Shown piece by piece: positions 16,020 through 23,936 of a stretch of 25,799 nt of DNA. Under the pieces are notes generated by a model. The model saw only the letters and a program-made list of their open reading frames with translations, had not been told where the DNA came from and did not search any database. The position numbers and the translations under genes are program-made. The DNA lies in IMG/VR virus record IMGVR_UViG_3300024219_000016, positions 1 to 25,799 of that record; one strand, given 5' to 3'. The DNA comes from a virus (taxonomy: Duplodnaviria > Caudoviricetes). Each line of letters opens with the position of its first letter. Position 1 is the stretch's first letter.

Positions 16020-18388
16020 TGACCGGCTCCTGCTGGTTCTGGCTGTGGGGCTTGTGCCGCTTCTAGCATCGACTGGGACGCATCATTGGCGGCGCCCTGT
16101 TGTGCCTGTGCGACCGCTTGGACATGCGCCTGATCGGCCTGAGCCAATTGCGCCTGATGGTCACCAGACGCCATTGTCGCGGCGTGTGCGCGGTCTAGTG
16201 CGGCTTGCTGGTTCTCGTTCCCCTGAATGCCGAGTCTGGCCCGTTCTTCAAGGAACAGTGAGAGCCGATCGACTTTCGCGCCGAGTTCCGCGACAGCCAG
16301 TTTCGTTTCATTGTTCTCGCGGTTCCGCTGCGTGTCGGCCATCTCCTGCATAGCCGTGACTTTGAGTTTGCCGGCCTGCTCGACTTGCTTCGTTTGGATG
16401 ATTTGTCCAGCCGATTGAAGTTGCTGCTTGAGTTGCTGATTCTCTGCCTGCAGTTTTGCCGCTGCCGATGCGGCATCCTGCTGCGATTGGCTCGAGAGCC
16501 ACGGCATCGTATGATTGCGGTTTTTCTCAAGCAAGTCTGCAACAGGTTCAGCCCACGGCTCGCCACGCTGTCGGAAGTATTCTGGTCCTATCACTTGCAT
16601 CAATTGCGGATCCGCCTGGAGGATGATCGACATCTCTCCGACCGCTTCATCGCGCTTGTCTTTGTAGGACTTACCGATCGTCACTTCGATCCCGTAGCGG
16701 CCTTTGGTCAGGTCGTAATGCTTCGCTCCGGTCTGTGGATTAGAGAGTAGCGCATCGGCTTGCGCCTTCTCCTGATCGGTTTCATAGGGGAGCGCTTGCG
16801 GACGGCCATTTGGTCCCATCACGAAGGGATGATTGAGCATCACCCATGAGGAGACACCTTTGTCATCAAGAATCTTCGCGATACGCTGCGGGCGATCATA
16901 AATCTTCGGAATCAGATCGAGGATGATCATCGCCTCATAGGTCATCGTGATCGAGGCGAAGTTATCGATGTAGGGACTGTTCGCACTGATGGTCTGACCC
17001 TGCAAGGCTTCGATCGCTTTACCTGATCGATGGGCGGGCGTCTGCTCACCACGCGCCGGCCCATACGTAGCCATTGCTGTGGCTACGAAATCCTTGCCCA
17101 TCGTGAGCAATTGCATCGATGGACCGAGGCGGCTCATGTCCACCTGATTGCGTTGCGGTGGAGGCGCTGGACGACCAGAGATGTCGGTGGGCTTATATTC
17201 GAGATAGGGAAAATCCCTGGTATTGGCCATCCCCCATTCAGGATGCCCTTCAAAAACGCCTTCGACGCCAATGAACGGGGCACGCGGCTCCAGCGCGGCC
17301 ATCCGCACGGCATTCGTGGCCGCGTAGTTTGTCAGGCGGATCGCGCCTTTCGCGTTCCCGATCATGCCGAGCCAGGAACGTGTCCCATTCGTGACTTGCA
17401 ATTCACGTCCGATCGCGCTGGGGAATGGAATGTATTGCCCATCCCATTCCACTTCTGGCTCAAGCACCTCGAGGTAGTTGATCACGCGCCTGAACACATG
17501 ACGCTCATTAACCGTGACCGTCCGCGCATCGTCGCCAGTCTTCTTCGTGCGACCTTCTGGCATCTCTTCGTCATCGAAGGCCATCGAATGGTCATCAAGG
17601 AGTGACTTGGTGCGCTCGTTCGTTTCGACTCGCCATTCTTCGCAGACCGTGACGCAGCGATTCTCGTTCGTGCCCTTGCTCAGCCACTTGTTCGCATCGT
17701 TAAGCTCAGAATCGAATGTCTCGTCCGTGAACTTCCCGACACGCGATTTTGGATACTTCTTTTTGTAGGCCGCGAAGGACATCGGCACAGCGATTTGCAA
17801 CCGCGTGCCATCAGACCAATCCGGCTGTTGCGCGTAGGGATCGCGCTTCACCGTGGACTGATCCAAGATGCGCTCGATCATCAATTTCTGATCGAGGTCA
17901 TGTCCTCCGTATTGGTCAAAGACTTTGTTGATGCGATATGAACCACGTCCGCACCACAATGCTCGTTCATACGCCCACCCGCGCCCGATGTCCGCTCGAG
18001 AGTCGCGTTCGATATTCCGATAGAGCCCCTGCAGAATCTGCGCGGTTTCATCGCTCGCATCATCGCTGATGGGATGGATGCGAACGGCCATGTGCGCCTG
18101 TCTGAATTGCGCTACTTGCAGGAGGATCGGTTCATCGGCTGAGGCGACCGAGAGCATGGGCCGAGCTGGAACCGGAACGCTTGAAGGATTCTGCTGAGAG
18201 TTAGCTGGGATCGCGGCAAACTGCCCTTTGACTTCTGCAGGCCATGCGCCTTCAGCATGCTGGAATTGCAGCGCTTCTTGCTCTTGCTGGTCTTGATCGT
18301 GTTCGGTATCACAGACGAAGTGATACCAATCGACTGACGTTTGGATCGAGTCATCGGCTGTTACTTCATCGCCGTTGTCGTCAATCAT
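16016..18388 (-). CDS. Portal protein, P22 gp1 family
   Basis: 790 aa; WPAEVK...RPML, AQILQGLYRNIERDS, WDGQYIPF, SGKAIEALQ, IPKIYDRPQRI, GRYGIEVTIGKSY; long Gln/Ala C-terminal helix. Confidence 0.9.
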   Translation of the reverse strand: MIDDNGDEVTADDSIQTSVDWYHFVCDTEHDQDQQEQEALQFQHAEGAWPAEVKGQFAAIPANSQQNPSSVPVPARPMLSVASADEPILLQVAQFRQAHMAVRIHPISDDASDETAQILQGLYRNIERDSRADIGRGWAYERALWCGRGSYRINKVFDQYGGHDLDQKLMIERILDQSTVKRDPYAQQPDWSDGTRLQIAVPMSFAAYKKKYPKSRVGKFTDETFDSELNDANKWLSKGTNENRCVTVCEEWRVETNERTKSLLDDHSMAFDDEEMPEGRTKKTGDDARTVTVNERHVFRRVINYLEVLEPEVEWDGQYIPFPSAIGRELQVTNGTRSWLGMIGNAKGAIRLTNYAATNAVRMAALEPRAPFIGVEGVFEGHPEWGMANTRDFPYLEYKPTDISGRPAPPPQRNQVDMSRLGPSMQLLTMGKDFVATAMATYGPARGEQTPAHRSGKAIEALQGQTISANSPYIDNFASITMTYEAMIILDLIPKIYDRPQRIAKILDDKGVSSWVMLNHPFVMGPNGRPQALPYETDQEKAQADALLSNPQTGAKHYDLTKGRYGIEVTIGKSYKDKRDEAVGEMSIILQADPQLMQVIGPEYFRQRGEPWAEPVADLLEKNRNHTMPWLSSQSQQDAASAAAKLQAENQQLKQQLQSAGQIIQTKQVEQAGKLKVTAMQEMADTQRNRENNETKLAVAELGAKVDRLSLFLEERARLGIQGNENQQAALDRAHAATMASGDHQAQLAQADQAHVQAVAQAQQGAANDASQSMLEAAQAPQPEPAGAGQ

Positions 18389-18659
18389 GTTGGCAGCATT
18401 CCCAAGGCGAGTGGATTTCTGAGGTCGTCAATCATCCGCAACTTTGCACGGAGCAATTTCCTCATGTCATCCACGCTCATCGCTAAATCAGTCGCGGCTA
18501 TGTGAATTTCCGCAATGCCGTAATCATCGCCATGTATCCATTTGCGCGGTGCTCATCTCCGTAATCAAATACAATGAATACCTCGCTGGCAATCCGCAAG
18601 TTCAAGGCGATTCTCAGACATTCCTTCACGCACCAGCTTGGCGTAAGCATCGGGCTCAC
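18385..18659 (-). pseudogene. Frameshifted ~91-aa gene resembling coat N-terminal segments
   Basis: Frame 1 starts at a GTGA overlap (18659): MLTPSWCVKECLRIALNL, stop 18498. The -1 frame (open below 18553) reads IAATDLAMSVDDMRKLL and stops at an ATGA overlap with the portal start. Span 275 nt = 3n+2. Confidence 0.5.
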
Positions 18660-18922
18660 TTGGCCAGTTCCTTCGCATAAAAGGCCATCATCTTCTCATG
18701 CGGCACGACATCAGCCGCCCACGACGGATCCAGATGGTTCGGATCTTCGCGATCCGCTCGCGCTCGCCAGTCGTACGCTTCCTGCAGCGCGGCTCGCGCC
18801 AGTTCTGGATTCCCTGGCACGGTCGCGATCACTGCCCCCTGTGCGGATTTGCGAGGAATGTTCTGCTGATAGGCGAGATGCGCCGTGCGCGACGAACTGA
18901 GGTAATCCGAGATGGCGCTCAT
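18656..18922 (-). CDS. Hypothetical protein
   Basis: 88 aa, coupled by overlaps at both ends. Confidence 0.6.
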   Translation of the reverse strand: MSAISDYLSSSRTAHLAYQQNIPRKSAQGAVIATVPGNPELARAALQEAYDWRARADREDPNHLDPSWAADVVPHEKMMAFYAKELAK

Positions 18923-19170
18923 CGGCCCTGAAACAGCCAGCGAAGGCGGTCACGGAAGCTGCGGGCGCCCCATGCGGTGAACGACGCCTGATGAACGGCG
19001 ATCTGCTTGGCGTGCTCATCGAGCCGCACTGACATATCCGCGATGACCTCGCCTTGAGCCTTCACCTTTGCGGCATGTTCACCGAGAATGCTGAACGTCG
19101 TCTCCTGAAACTTCGCCCGCGAAATCTCCTGCCAACGGAATCCGCCGTTTGACGTAGGCTGATGTCTCAT
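18919..19170 (-). CDS. Small coiled-coil protein with amphipathic C-terminus
   Basis: Start MRHQ at an ATGA overlap; ends RSFRDRLRWLFQGR. Confidence 0.6.
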   Translation of the reverse strand: MRHQPTSNGGFRWQEISRAKFQETTFSILGEHAAKVKAQGEVIADMSVRLDEHAKQIAVHQASFTAWGARSFRDRLRWLFQGR

Positions 19171-19610
19171 ACCATCCTTGACTGTCGCCGTTCGCGAGGT
19201 GGTAACCATGCTCCACACCCATGCGGCTTGACCGTGCGACCATCAATGAACCTTCCGGTGCTTTTTCCTGTCACTGTCTGATATGGGCCTTCAGTGATCA
19301 GTTTTGGAAAGATGCTCTCTATCGTCAGGACTTCTCCGCCTTGAATATCGGCGGTCACTACGAACTGCTGAAGTTGGCTCGTGGCTTTATACGTTCTTGG
19401 ATTTAAAGCGTAATAGCCTTCAATCGTGAAAATGTCGCCTGTTACCAGAGAGCCATAAAGTGGCTCAATCGTTGGAGGAGAAGGCAGGAAGATCGTTCTC
19501 TCGCCTGGATTCCAGAGCAGACGTTCCACATCGATCGCGCCTGTGGCGGCTGCGGCAGCGGCTACCGTTCCGAAACCGAGGCGACGAAGGAATGTGCGCC
19601 TATCCAGCAT
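19167..19610 (-). CDS. Twin-arginine-signal protein carrying a coat insertion-domain homolog
   Basis: N-terminus MLDRRTFLRRLGFGTVAAAAAATGA; the middle aligns with the coat segment at 13371-13550 (GDI, NP, LQQFVVTA, ITxG, QTV). Confidence 0.8.
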   Translation of the reverse strand: MLDRRTFLRRLGFGTVAAAAAATGAIDVERLLWNPGERTIFLPSPPTIEPLYGSLVTGDIFTIEGYYALNPRTYKATSQLQQFVVTADIQGGEVLTIESIFPKLITEGPYQTVTGKSTGRFIDGRTVKPHGCGAWLPPRERRQSRMV

Positions 19611-19636
19611 GATGTCTCATTTAAGGATTGCCGCAC

Positions 19637-19645
19637 AATATAGCA
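19637..19645 (-). promoter_or_regulatory. Possible extended -10 promoter (TGcTATATT)
   Basis: In the 38-nt gap ahead of the twin-arginine gene; no recognisable -35. Confidence 0.35.
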
Positions 19646-19648
19646 CAG

Positions 19649-19873
19649 TCACCACCGTTGTTTGTATTCTCCGCACCATTCTGCGGCTTTCACATCTGGC
19701 CAAATCGGATCGGCATAGTCGTATCGCGTCGTGGCTATCATGGCCATAGCGATTGGAGCATTGCGACGACACTTGCCTGGAGCATGGAGTGCTGGAGCAC
19801 TGTCCGGATGTTGCTCAGCCCACCACTTGCATGATCCGCACTTGAATTGAAATTCCACACTGGCATAGGTCAT
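19649..19873 (-). CDS. Four-Cys small phage protein (CxxC...CRR...WCGE)
   Basis: CGSCKWW...GKCRRNAP...WPDV...WCGEY; ATGA overlap with terL stop. Confidence 0.7.
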   Translation of the reverse strand: MTYASVEFQFKCGSCKWWAEQHPDSAPALHAPGKCRRNAPIAMAMIATTRYDYADPIWPDVKAAEWCGEYKQRW

Positions 19874-21321
19874 TGCCACATCCATGCATTCGGTGAGTAA
19901 TCGTCTATTGGCTGCTGATGGCTAGCGGCCTTCCGTTGGTCCTGCTCTGATTGCGTCGATTGGCCGGCACAGAAGTTCAGTTCAACATTCTCAATCGCAT
20001 GCATCACATTCGCGAACTTGTCATCTTCTGCTGGCTGTCGTAGTTCTTTGTTCGCCACTGAGACGAAGTGTGGATCCCACACGTAGCCGCCTTCAAAGGC
20101 GTGATGCACGAACGGTGATTCTCGATGCTCATCTCGAGCGGCAATGATGAATCGTTGCGGATTAGTCTCCACACCGATCGATTCCTCGCCTCCGGCATTT
20201 CGCCGACGCAGATAGGCCGAGATGTTCTCGATCATCGCTAGACGCACATCAGGAGAGTTCCCATTGTCCCGGCATTGCGCGGTGAAGCCATGCCGTCGAA
20301 GGATGTCCAGAGGCGTATAGCGTCTGCTCAGCGTTTGTTGCTGCTCACCCATTGGGGCTGTGCATGTTTTGAAGATGGCTGATTTTGGGAACCAGTCTTG
20401 ACGGCACTGCTTCACAAGCGGAAGGAAGTCCTCAAGGATGAGCGATTCTCCGATCATGCCTCCGAGAATCGCAAGCCCTCCGCTATGCATGACTTGAGCG
20501 CAGACCCATACCGGCGTGTGCTTGCCAAACTCAAAAGATTCAAGAATCGGTAACCGCTCTGAATAGGTAATTGACCGCCAGTGAATCGCCTTCTGATAGA
20601 GCCCATCGTAGACAGGCACACCCGTGATGTTGGGTCCGCGCTGGCCCATGATCATGGTCAGGTGCTTCGGATGGTCACTCGGATACTGCCTGAGCAGCGA
20701 TTCAATGCTCTCCTGCGGAAGATGCTTGTTGTCGAAGACGGAGATGGAATGCACTTTCCGTCCCTTGATCCGATCCCCATAGGGGAACTCACGCGATAGC
20801 CAGAACTCATAGTCTGACGGATTCGCGACGAAGGTGAGTTGAAACGGATACCGATCGTTGCGGAGTGTCGCTGTGAGATTCGGTCTGAGCCGGCCACGCA
20901 GTTCAGCAGCTACGGAGGGGCGCACTTCCTCGACCTGATCACCCATGATGCGCGAGACGCCAAGGCCGCGAATCTTGTTGTATTCCTCGATCAGTGAGTT
21001 CGCCTTGAGCCCAAAGACATAGGCGCTGGAGCCGTTCGGTAGGACATAGCGCTTCTCTTTGGCTTCCCACGACGTTTGCACACCGCGAATCGCGCACAGT
21101 TCATCGAAGGCGACTCGCAGTTTTGTCGTTGTCGCATCTTCGGTCCATCGAAAGAGCAGGATGGGAATGCCTGGATACTTCAGGAGCGCTTCGATCTCCT
21201 TGTCGAGTGCCAGTGTCGTCTTCGCGCAGTTCAGACTTCCCTCAATAAGCAGCTCAGGAGTCCTCCAATCTGCGCGAATCCGCTGATGGATAGGCATGCC
21301 TTCCCAGTCAAGTTCAGCCAC
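19870..21321 (-). CDS. terL: Terminase large subunit (variant motifs)
   Basis: 483 aa upstream of portal; Walker A-like GSLNCAKTT, Walker B-like IMGDQVEE, ELRGRLR, motif III ANP, DNKHLP, C-terminal RNase H-like layout. AGGAG upstream of GTG. Confidence 0.85.
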   Translation of the reverse strand: MAELDWEGMPIHQRIRADWRTPELLIEGSLNCAKTTLALDKEIEALLKYPGIPILLFRWTEDATTTKLRVAFDELCAIRGVQTSWEAKEKRYVLPNGSSAYVFGLKANSLIEEYNKIRGLGVSRIMGDQVEEVRPSVAAELRGRLRPNLTATLRNDRYPFQLTFVANPSDYEFWLSREFPYGDRIKGRKVHSISVFDNKHLPQESIESLLRQYPSDHPKHLTMIMGQRGPNITGVPVYDGLYQKAIHWRSITYSERLPILESFEFGKHTPVWVCAQVMHSGGLAILGGMIGESLILEDFLPLVKQCRQDWFPKSAIFKTCTAPMGEQQQTLSRRYTPLDILRRHGFTAQCRDNGNSPDVRLAMIENISAYLRRRNAGGEESIGVETNPQRFIIAARDEHRESPFVHHAFEGGYVWDPHFVSVANKELRQPAEDDKFANVMHAIENVELNFCAGQSTQSEQDQRKAASHQQPIDDYSPNAWMWQ

Positions 21322-21374
21322 GGTCAGACTCCTGGCGGAACGATGATCGGAGGTAATGCAGCGAGCCAGCGCAC

Positions 21375-21485
21375 TTAGGCTTCATGTTCTTTCTTGGCAT
21401 CGATTAAGGCGCCGACACTCATCGGACTGACTGCAAACTGACATTCAGCACAGTAGCAGCGGATGATGGTGACGGTAACCGTCAT
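21375..21485 (-). CDS. 36-aa Cys/His mini-protein
   Basis: Below the ORF-track cutoff; MTVTVTIIRCYCAECQFAVSPMSVGALIDAKKEHEA; ATGA overlap. Confidence 0.45.
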   Translation of the reverse strand: MTVTVTIIRCYCAECQFAVSPMSVGALIDAKKEHEA

Positions 21486-21787
21486 TTCGTGTCACTGTTA
21501 ATAGGTCCGCCAGTATCTCCGCTGTTCGTGGTCGAGGAATCCGTGGGGGCCGGCGCGAATACGGCCATCAGTCCAGTCCACCCCTCCGCTGTGGACTCGC
21601 TGGCGATTGTTGGTAACACGACTTCATCCTTCAGTGGGGCGATCTGAGGCGCGACAGGTGGACCTTTTGCCGTTACTGCGAGAGTGCCATCAGGCCGATA
21701 CATGCGCTCTGTGCCATCCGCCGGATCGACTTCGAATCGATAGCCGATTTTTACCGACATTTCTTTCAGCTTTTCGAGAGTGATCAT
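21482..21787 (-). CDS. Hypothetical protein
   Basis: Start MITLEKLKEM at an ATGA overlap. Confidence 0.55.
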   Translation of the reverse strand: MITLEKLKEMSVKIGYRFEVDPADGTERMYRPDGTLAVTAKGPPVAPQIAPLKDEVVLPTIASESTAEGWTGLMAVFAPAPTDSSTTNSGDTGGPINSDTK

Positions 21788-22074
21788 GATTTCACCATTG
21801 GGTCGATCTGAGGCGGGGAGGGGAGAGGCTCGCGCTTCCTGAACAGTATCGGATGTGATGGCCACAAATCGCCGTCTGATGCAACCCACCAATGGCCGGT
21901 AGGCCATGACCCCTCATACTTACAATCATTAACGCCGGTGCTGCCAGCCTCAATAGCATCGAACCATGAGCCGTCTTTCGGGCAATACATACTGTCGTTC
22001 CAGCCCAGTTGCTTGAGTTCTTGATAGGCGTCGAACATCTTCAGTAGTGCCGCTTCGTCTTCCTTAGTTCTCAT
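21784..22074 (-). CDS. Small Trp-rich phage protein (GW...CPKDG, DUF551-like)
   Basis: Strong GGAGGAGAAGG upstream; LGWNDSMYCPKDGS...WPSHPILF. Confidence 0.6.
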   Translation of the reverse strand: MRTKEDEAALLKMFDAYQELKQLGWNDSMYCPKDGSWFDAIEAGSTGVNDCKYEGSWPTGHWWVASDGDLWPSHPILFRKREPLPSPPQIDPMVKS

Positions 22075-23155
22075 GGTCCTTCTCCTCCGCCGTGGCCTCC
22101 GGGGCGCTCCATGATGGACTCGTATGCCCCGAATCTCCACCGCTCGGGGCCACGCGGTTGGTAACTCCATTCGGCGCGGTTGCGGACGCCTTGGTGAATG
22201 GAGCTGAAGTATCTGGGGCCTCCGGGGCGCTCCCCGACCGCAATTTCCGCAGTTCATCAATCAAGGTGACGACGTTGCGGCCGAGCCATATCGCGGCTCT
22301 ACGTGCAACTACTGGCTCGCCTTCAATCTTCTCGATGCCCCAGTCGAAGGCGGCTTCGCGCAGATGGCCAAGATACTGCTCATCGAGGCGCGGCATGTCG
22401 AATTGAGGCTCCGGGGCGCTCCCGTGGGAGGCTGAAATAATGGCTCGCTTCACGACTTCGAAGGCCACGTTGATGTCAGATGGCGAAGTTCTTGGCGCGG
22501 TTCTATAGAAATACATCAGTCGGTTGAACTCATTACCTTCTAAGAACTCGGCTAGAGGCTCGGTCGCGGTCGTGCTCCCTACTTCCTGATGTAACCCACG
22601 CCCTGACACATGGGGCACTGTCTCGCGTGCAGCTTCGCGTCCCTGAAGTATCGGGACATCGTCCGCGTGCTGACGCCGAGACGCTTCGCCGTCGCCGCGA
22701 TGGATTTGCGCCCCTGCGTCTTGACCATCTTCACGACGTGTTCCGGCTGAATAATCCGTGGTCGTGCCATTAGGTTTCTCCATAGCAGTCTGCCTAACAA
22801 GCACGCAATCAGGGTGCGGACAGACTGCAAACCCTCGGTCGCTGTGGGCGTCCTGCGGGCGGCGACCATCGATTGCGGCAATGTGCTTTCGTAGTTGCTC
22901 ACGATATTCCGCTGTCGGCTGTGTGGGCATGGAGGCGGTCGTGCTCCCGTGCGCGGACAGGGCGGAGTTGGACGCCAGATTCACCGCATTCGGCGCAAGA
23001 CTCGTTGCGTCTATTTCGGCGGGCTTCTTGGTCATGGGGTGATTCCTTTCAAGCAGTTCTGGCGCATAGCCATAGTCTCCGCATTTGGAACAGATTCGTC
23101 TGATACCTTCAGAGCGGATCTCGGCGAGGCAACAGGCGGACATCCGATCAGTCAT
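22064..23155 (-). CDS. Mosaic ORF of concatenated short modules (may not be a single protein)
   Basis: N-terminal Zn-ribbon (SACC...CSKC), in-frame internal RBS+ATG at 23035, repeated HGS/GSAPE linkers; contains a nested gene in another frame. Confidence 0.4.
   Translation of the reverse strand: MTDRMSACCLAEIRSEGIRRICSKCGDYGYAPELLERNHPMTKKPAEIDATSLAPNAVNLASNSALSAHGSTTASMPTQPTAEYREQLRKHIAAIDGRRPQDAHSDRGFAVCPHPDCVLVRQTAMEKPNGTTTDYSAGTRREDGQDAGAQIHRGDGEASRRQHADDVPILQGREAARETVPHVSGRGLHQEVGSTTATEPLAEFLEGNEFNRLMYFYRTAPRTSPSDINVAFEVVKRAIISASHGSAPEPQFDMPRLDEQYLGHLREAAFDWGIEKIEGEPVVARRAAIWLGRNVVTLIDELRKLRSGSAPEAPDTSAPFTKASATAPNGVTNRVAPSGGDSGHTSPSWSAPEATAEEKDHEN
22579..22770 (-). CDS. HTH DNA-binding protein with C-terminal CxxCxGxG
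   Basis: GGAG 7 nt before ATG; MARPRII...SIAATAKRLGVSTRTMSRY...CPMCQGVG. Confidence 0.75.
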   Translation of the reverse strand: MARPRIIQPEHVVKMVKTQGRKSIAATAKRLGVSTRTMSRYFRDAKLHARQCPMCQGVGYIRK

Positions 23156-23285
23156 CGGTCATCACCGTCATGCCGCACCACGGGCACGCCTTACCTTCGC
23201 GTGGCGACTCCTTCACGGTGCCGCCACACGTCGTTTTCCACGAACCGAGTCGCGTTTTCGTCCAGAGACAAATGCCGCCGCTCAT
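23148..23285 (-). CDS. 45-aa Zn-binding mini-protein
   Basis: MSGGICLW...WKTTCG...CPWCG; AGGAAGGA upstream. Confidence 0.65.
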   Translation of the reverse strand: MSGGICLWTKTRLGSWKTTCGGTVKESPREGKACPWCGMTVMTDD

Positions 23286-23802
23286 GTGGGTCCTTCCTGT
23301 TCGCTCCGTGCGCCAATAGCGGTGTATCAACGTAAGCCGTGTCAGCCTCGGGAAACTTCTCCGGCGTCAACTGCATCGCCCATAGCCCCGCTTTTGTGTA
23401 GCCGACGTGAACGAAGCCAGCCTCGAAATAGGAATATGCGATGCACGCGCGCCCGCGCACTTTTCGCGGCTTCACTTCGTTCGGGTCTATAAATGTCACC
23501 ATGCCCAGCGATGGGAGCTCCGGCCATTCAGCGCGAGTCGCCGCGCACGCTTGCCGGATGAAGTCGCTGGCCACACCGCCGCATTCCTTCCGGAACAGCG
23601 AATTGATAAACGCTCCCGGCCACGCATGGCGGACATACTCGGCAAACGGCCACGAGGTCACCCAGAGCGCCCCGTCAGCCTTCAGCACCAAACACCTGCC
23701 CGGAGGCACGAACTGCGGTGAGCCGACCTTCTGGCGGTTGTAGTGCCGATCGGCCAGCGGCAACGCATCAGGATCGAACCGATTGGAGCGGCTCCAGATC
23801 AT
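23191..23802 (-). CDS. Putative Mom/GNAT-like protein (possible DNA modification)
   Basis: Start MIWSRS at an ATGA overlap; ADRHYNRQK...FVPPGRCLVL...GMVTFID...YFEAGFVHVGYTK. Function is inferred. Confidence 0.55.
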   Translation of the reverse strand: MIWSRSNRFDPDALPLADRHYNRQKVGSPQFVPPGRCLVLKADGALWVTSWPFAEYVRHAWPGAFINSLFRKECGGVASDFIRQACAATRAEWPELPSLGMVTFIDPNEVKPRKVRGRACIAYSYFEAGFVHVGYTKAGLWAMQLTPEKFPEADTAYVDTPLLAHGANRKDPHERRHLSLDENATRFVENDVWRHREGVATRR

Positions 23803-23936
23803 TCTCCCTCTCGGCTCCCGTGCGCGGACTGGGTAAATGTTGCGAACGATAGCGGGCCGCCCTTGCATGAGCAGCACTGCATTGACGCGGCGAAACCCTG
23901 CAAGACACCGCAATTCTGACATCTCCAGATGCTCAT
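23799..23936 (-). CDS. 45-aa Zn-ribbon mini-protein
   Basis: Below cutoff; MSIWRCQNCG...QCCSCKGG...SAHGSREGE; ATGA overlaps at both ends. Confidence 0.65.
   Translation of the reverse strand: MSIWRCQNCGVLQGFAASMQCCSCKGGPLSFATFTQSAHGSREGE

Noticed and set aside
13371-19448. Diversity-generating retroelement template/variable pair (coat versus twin-arginine gene)
   Set aside because: DNA similarity is short, mismatches are synonymous rather than adenine-specific, and no reverse transcriptase is present.
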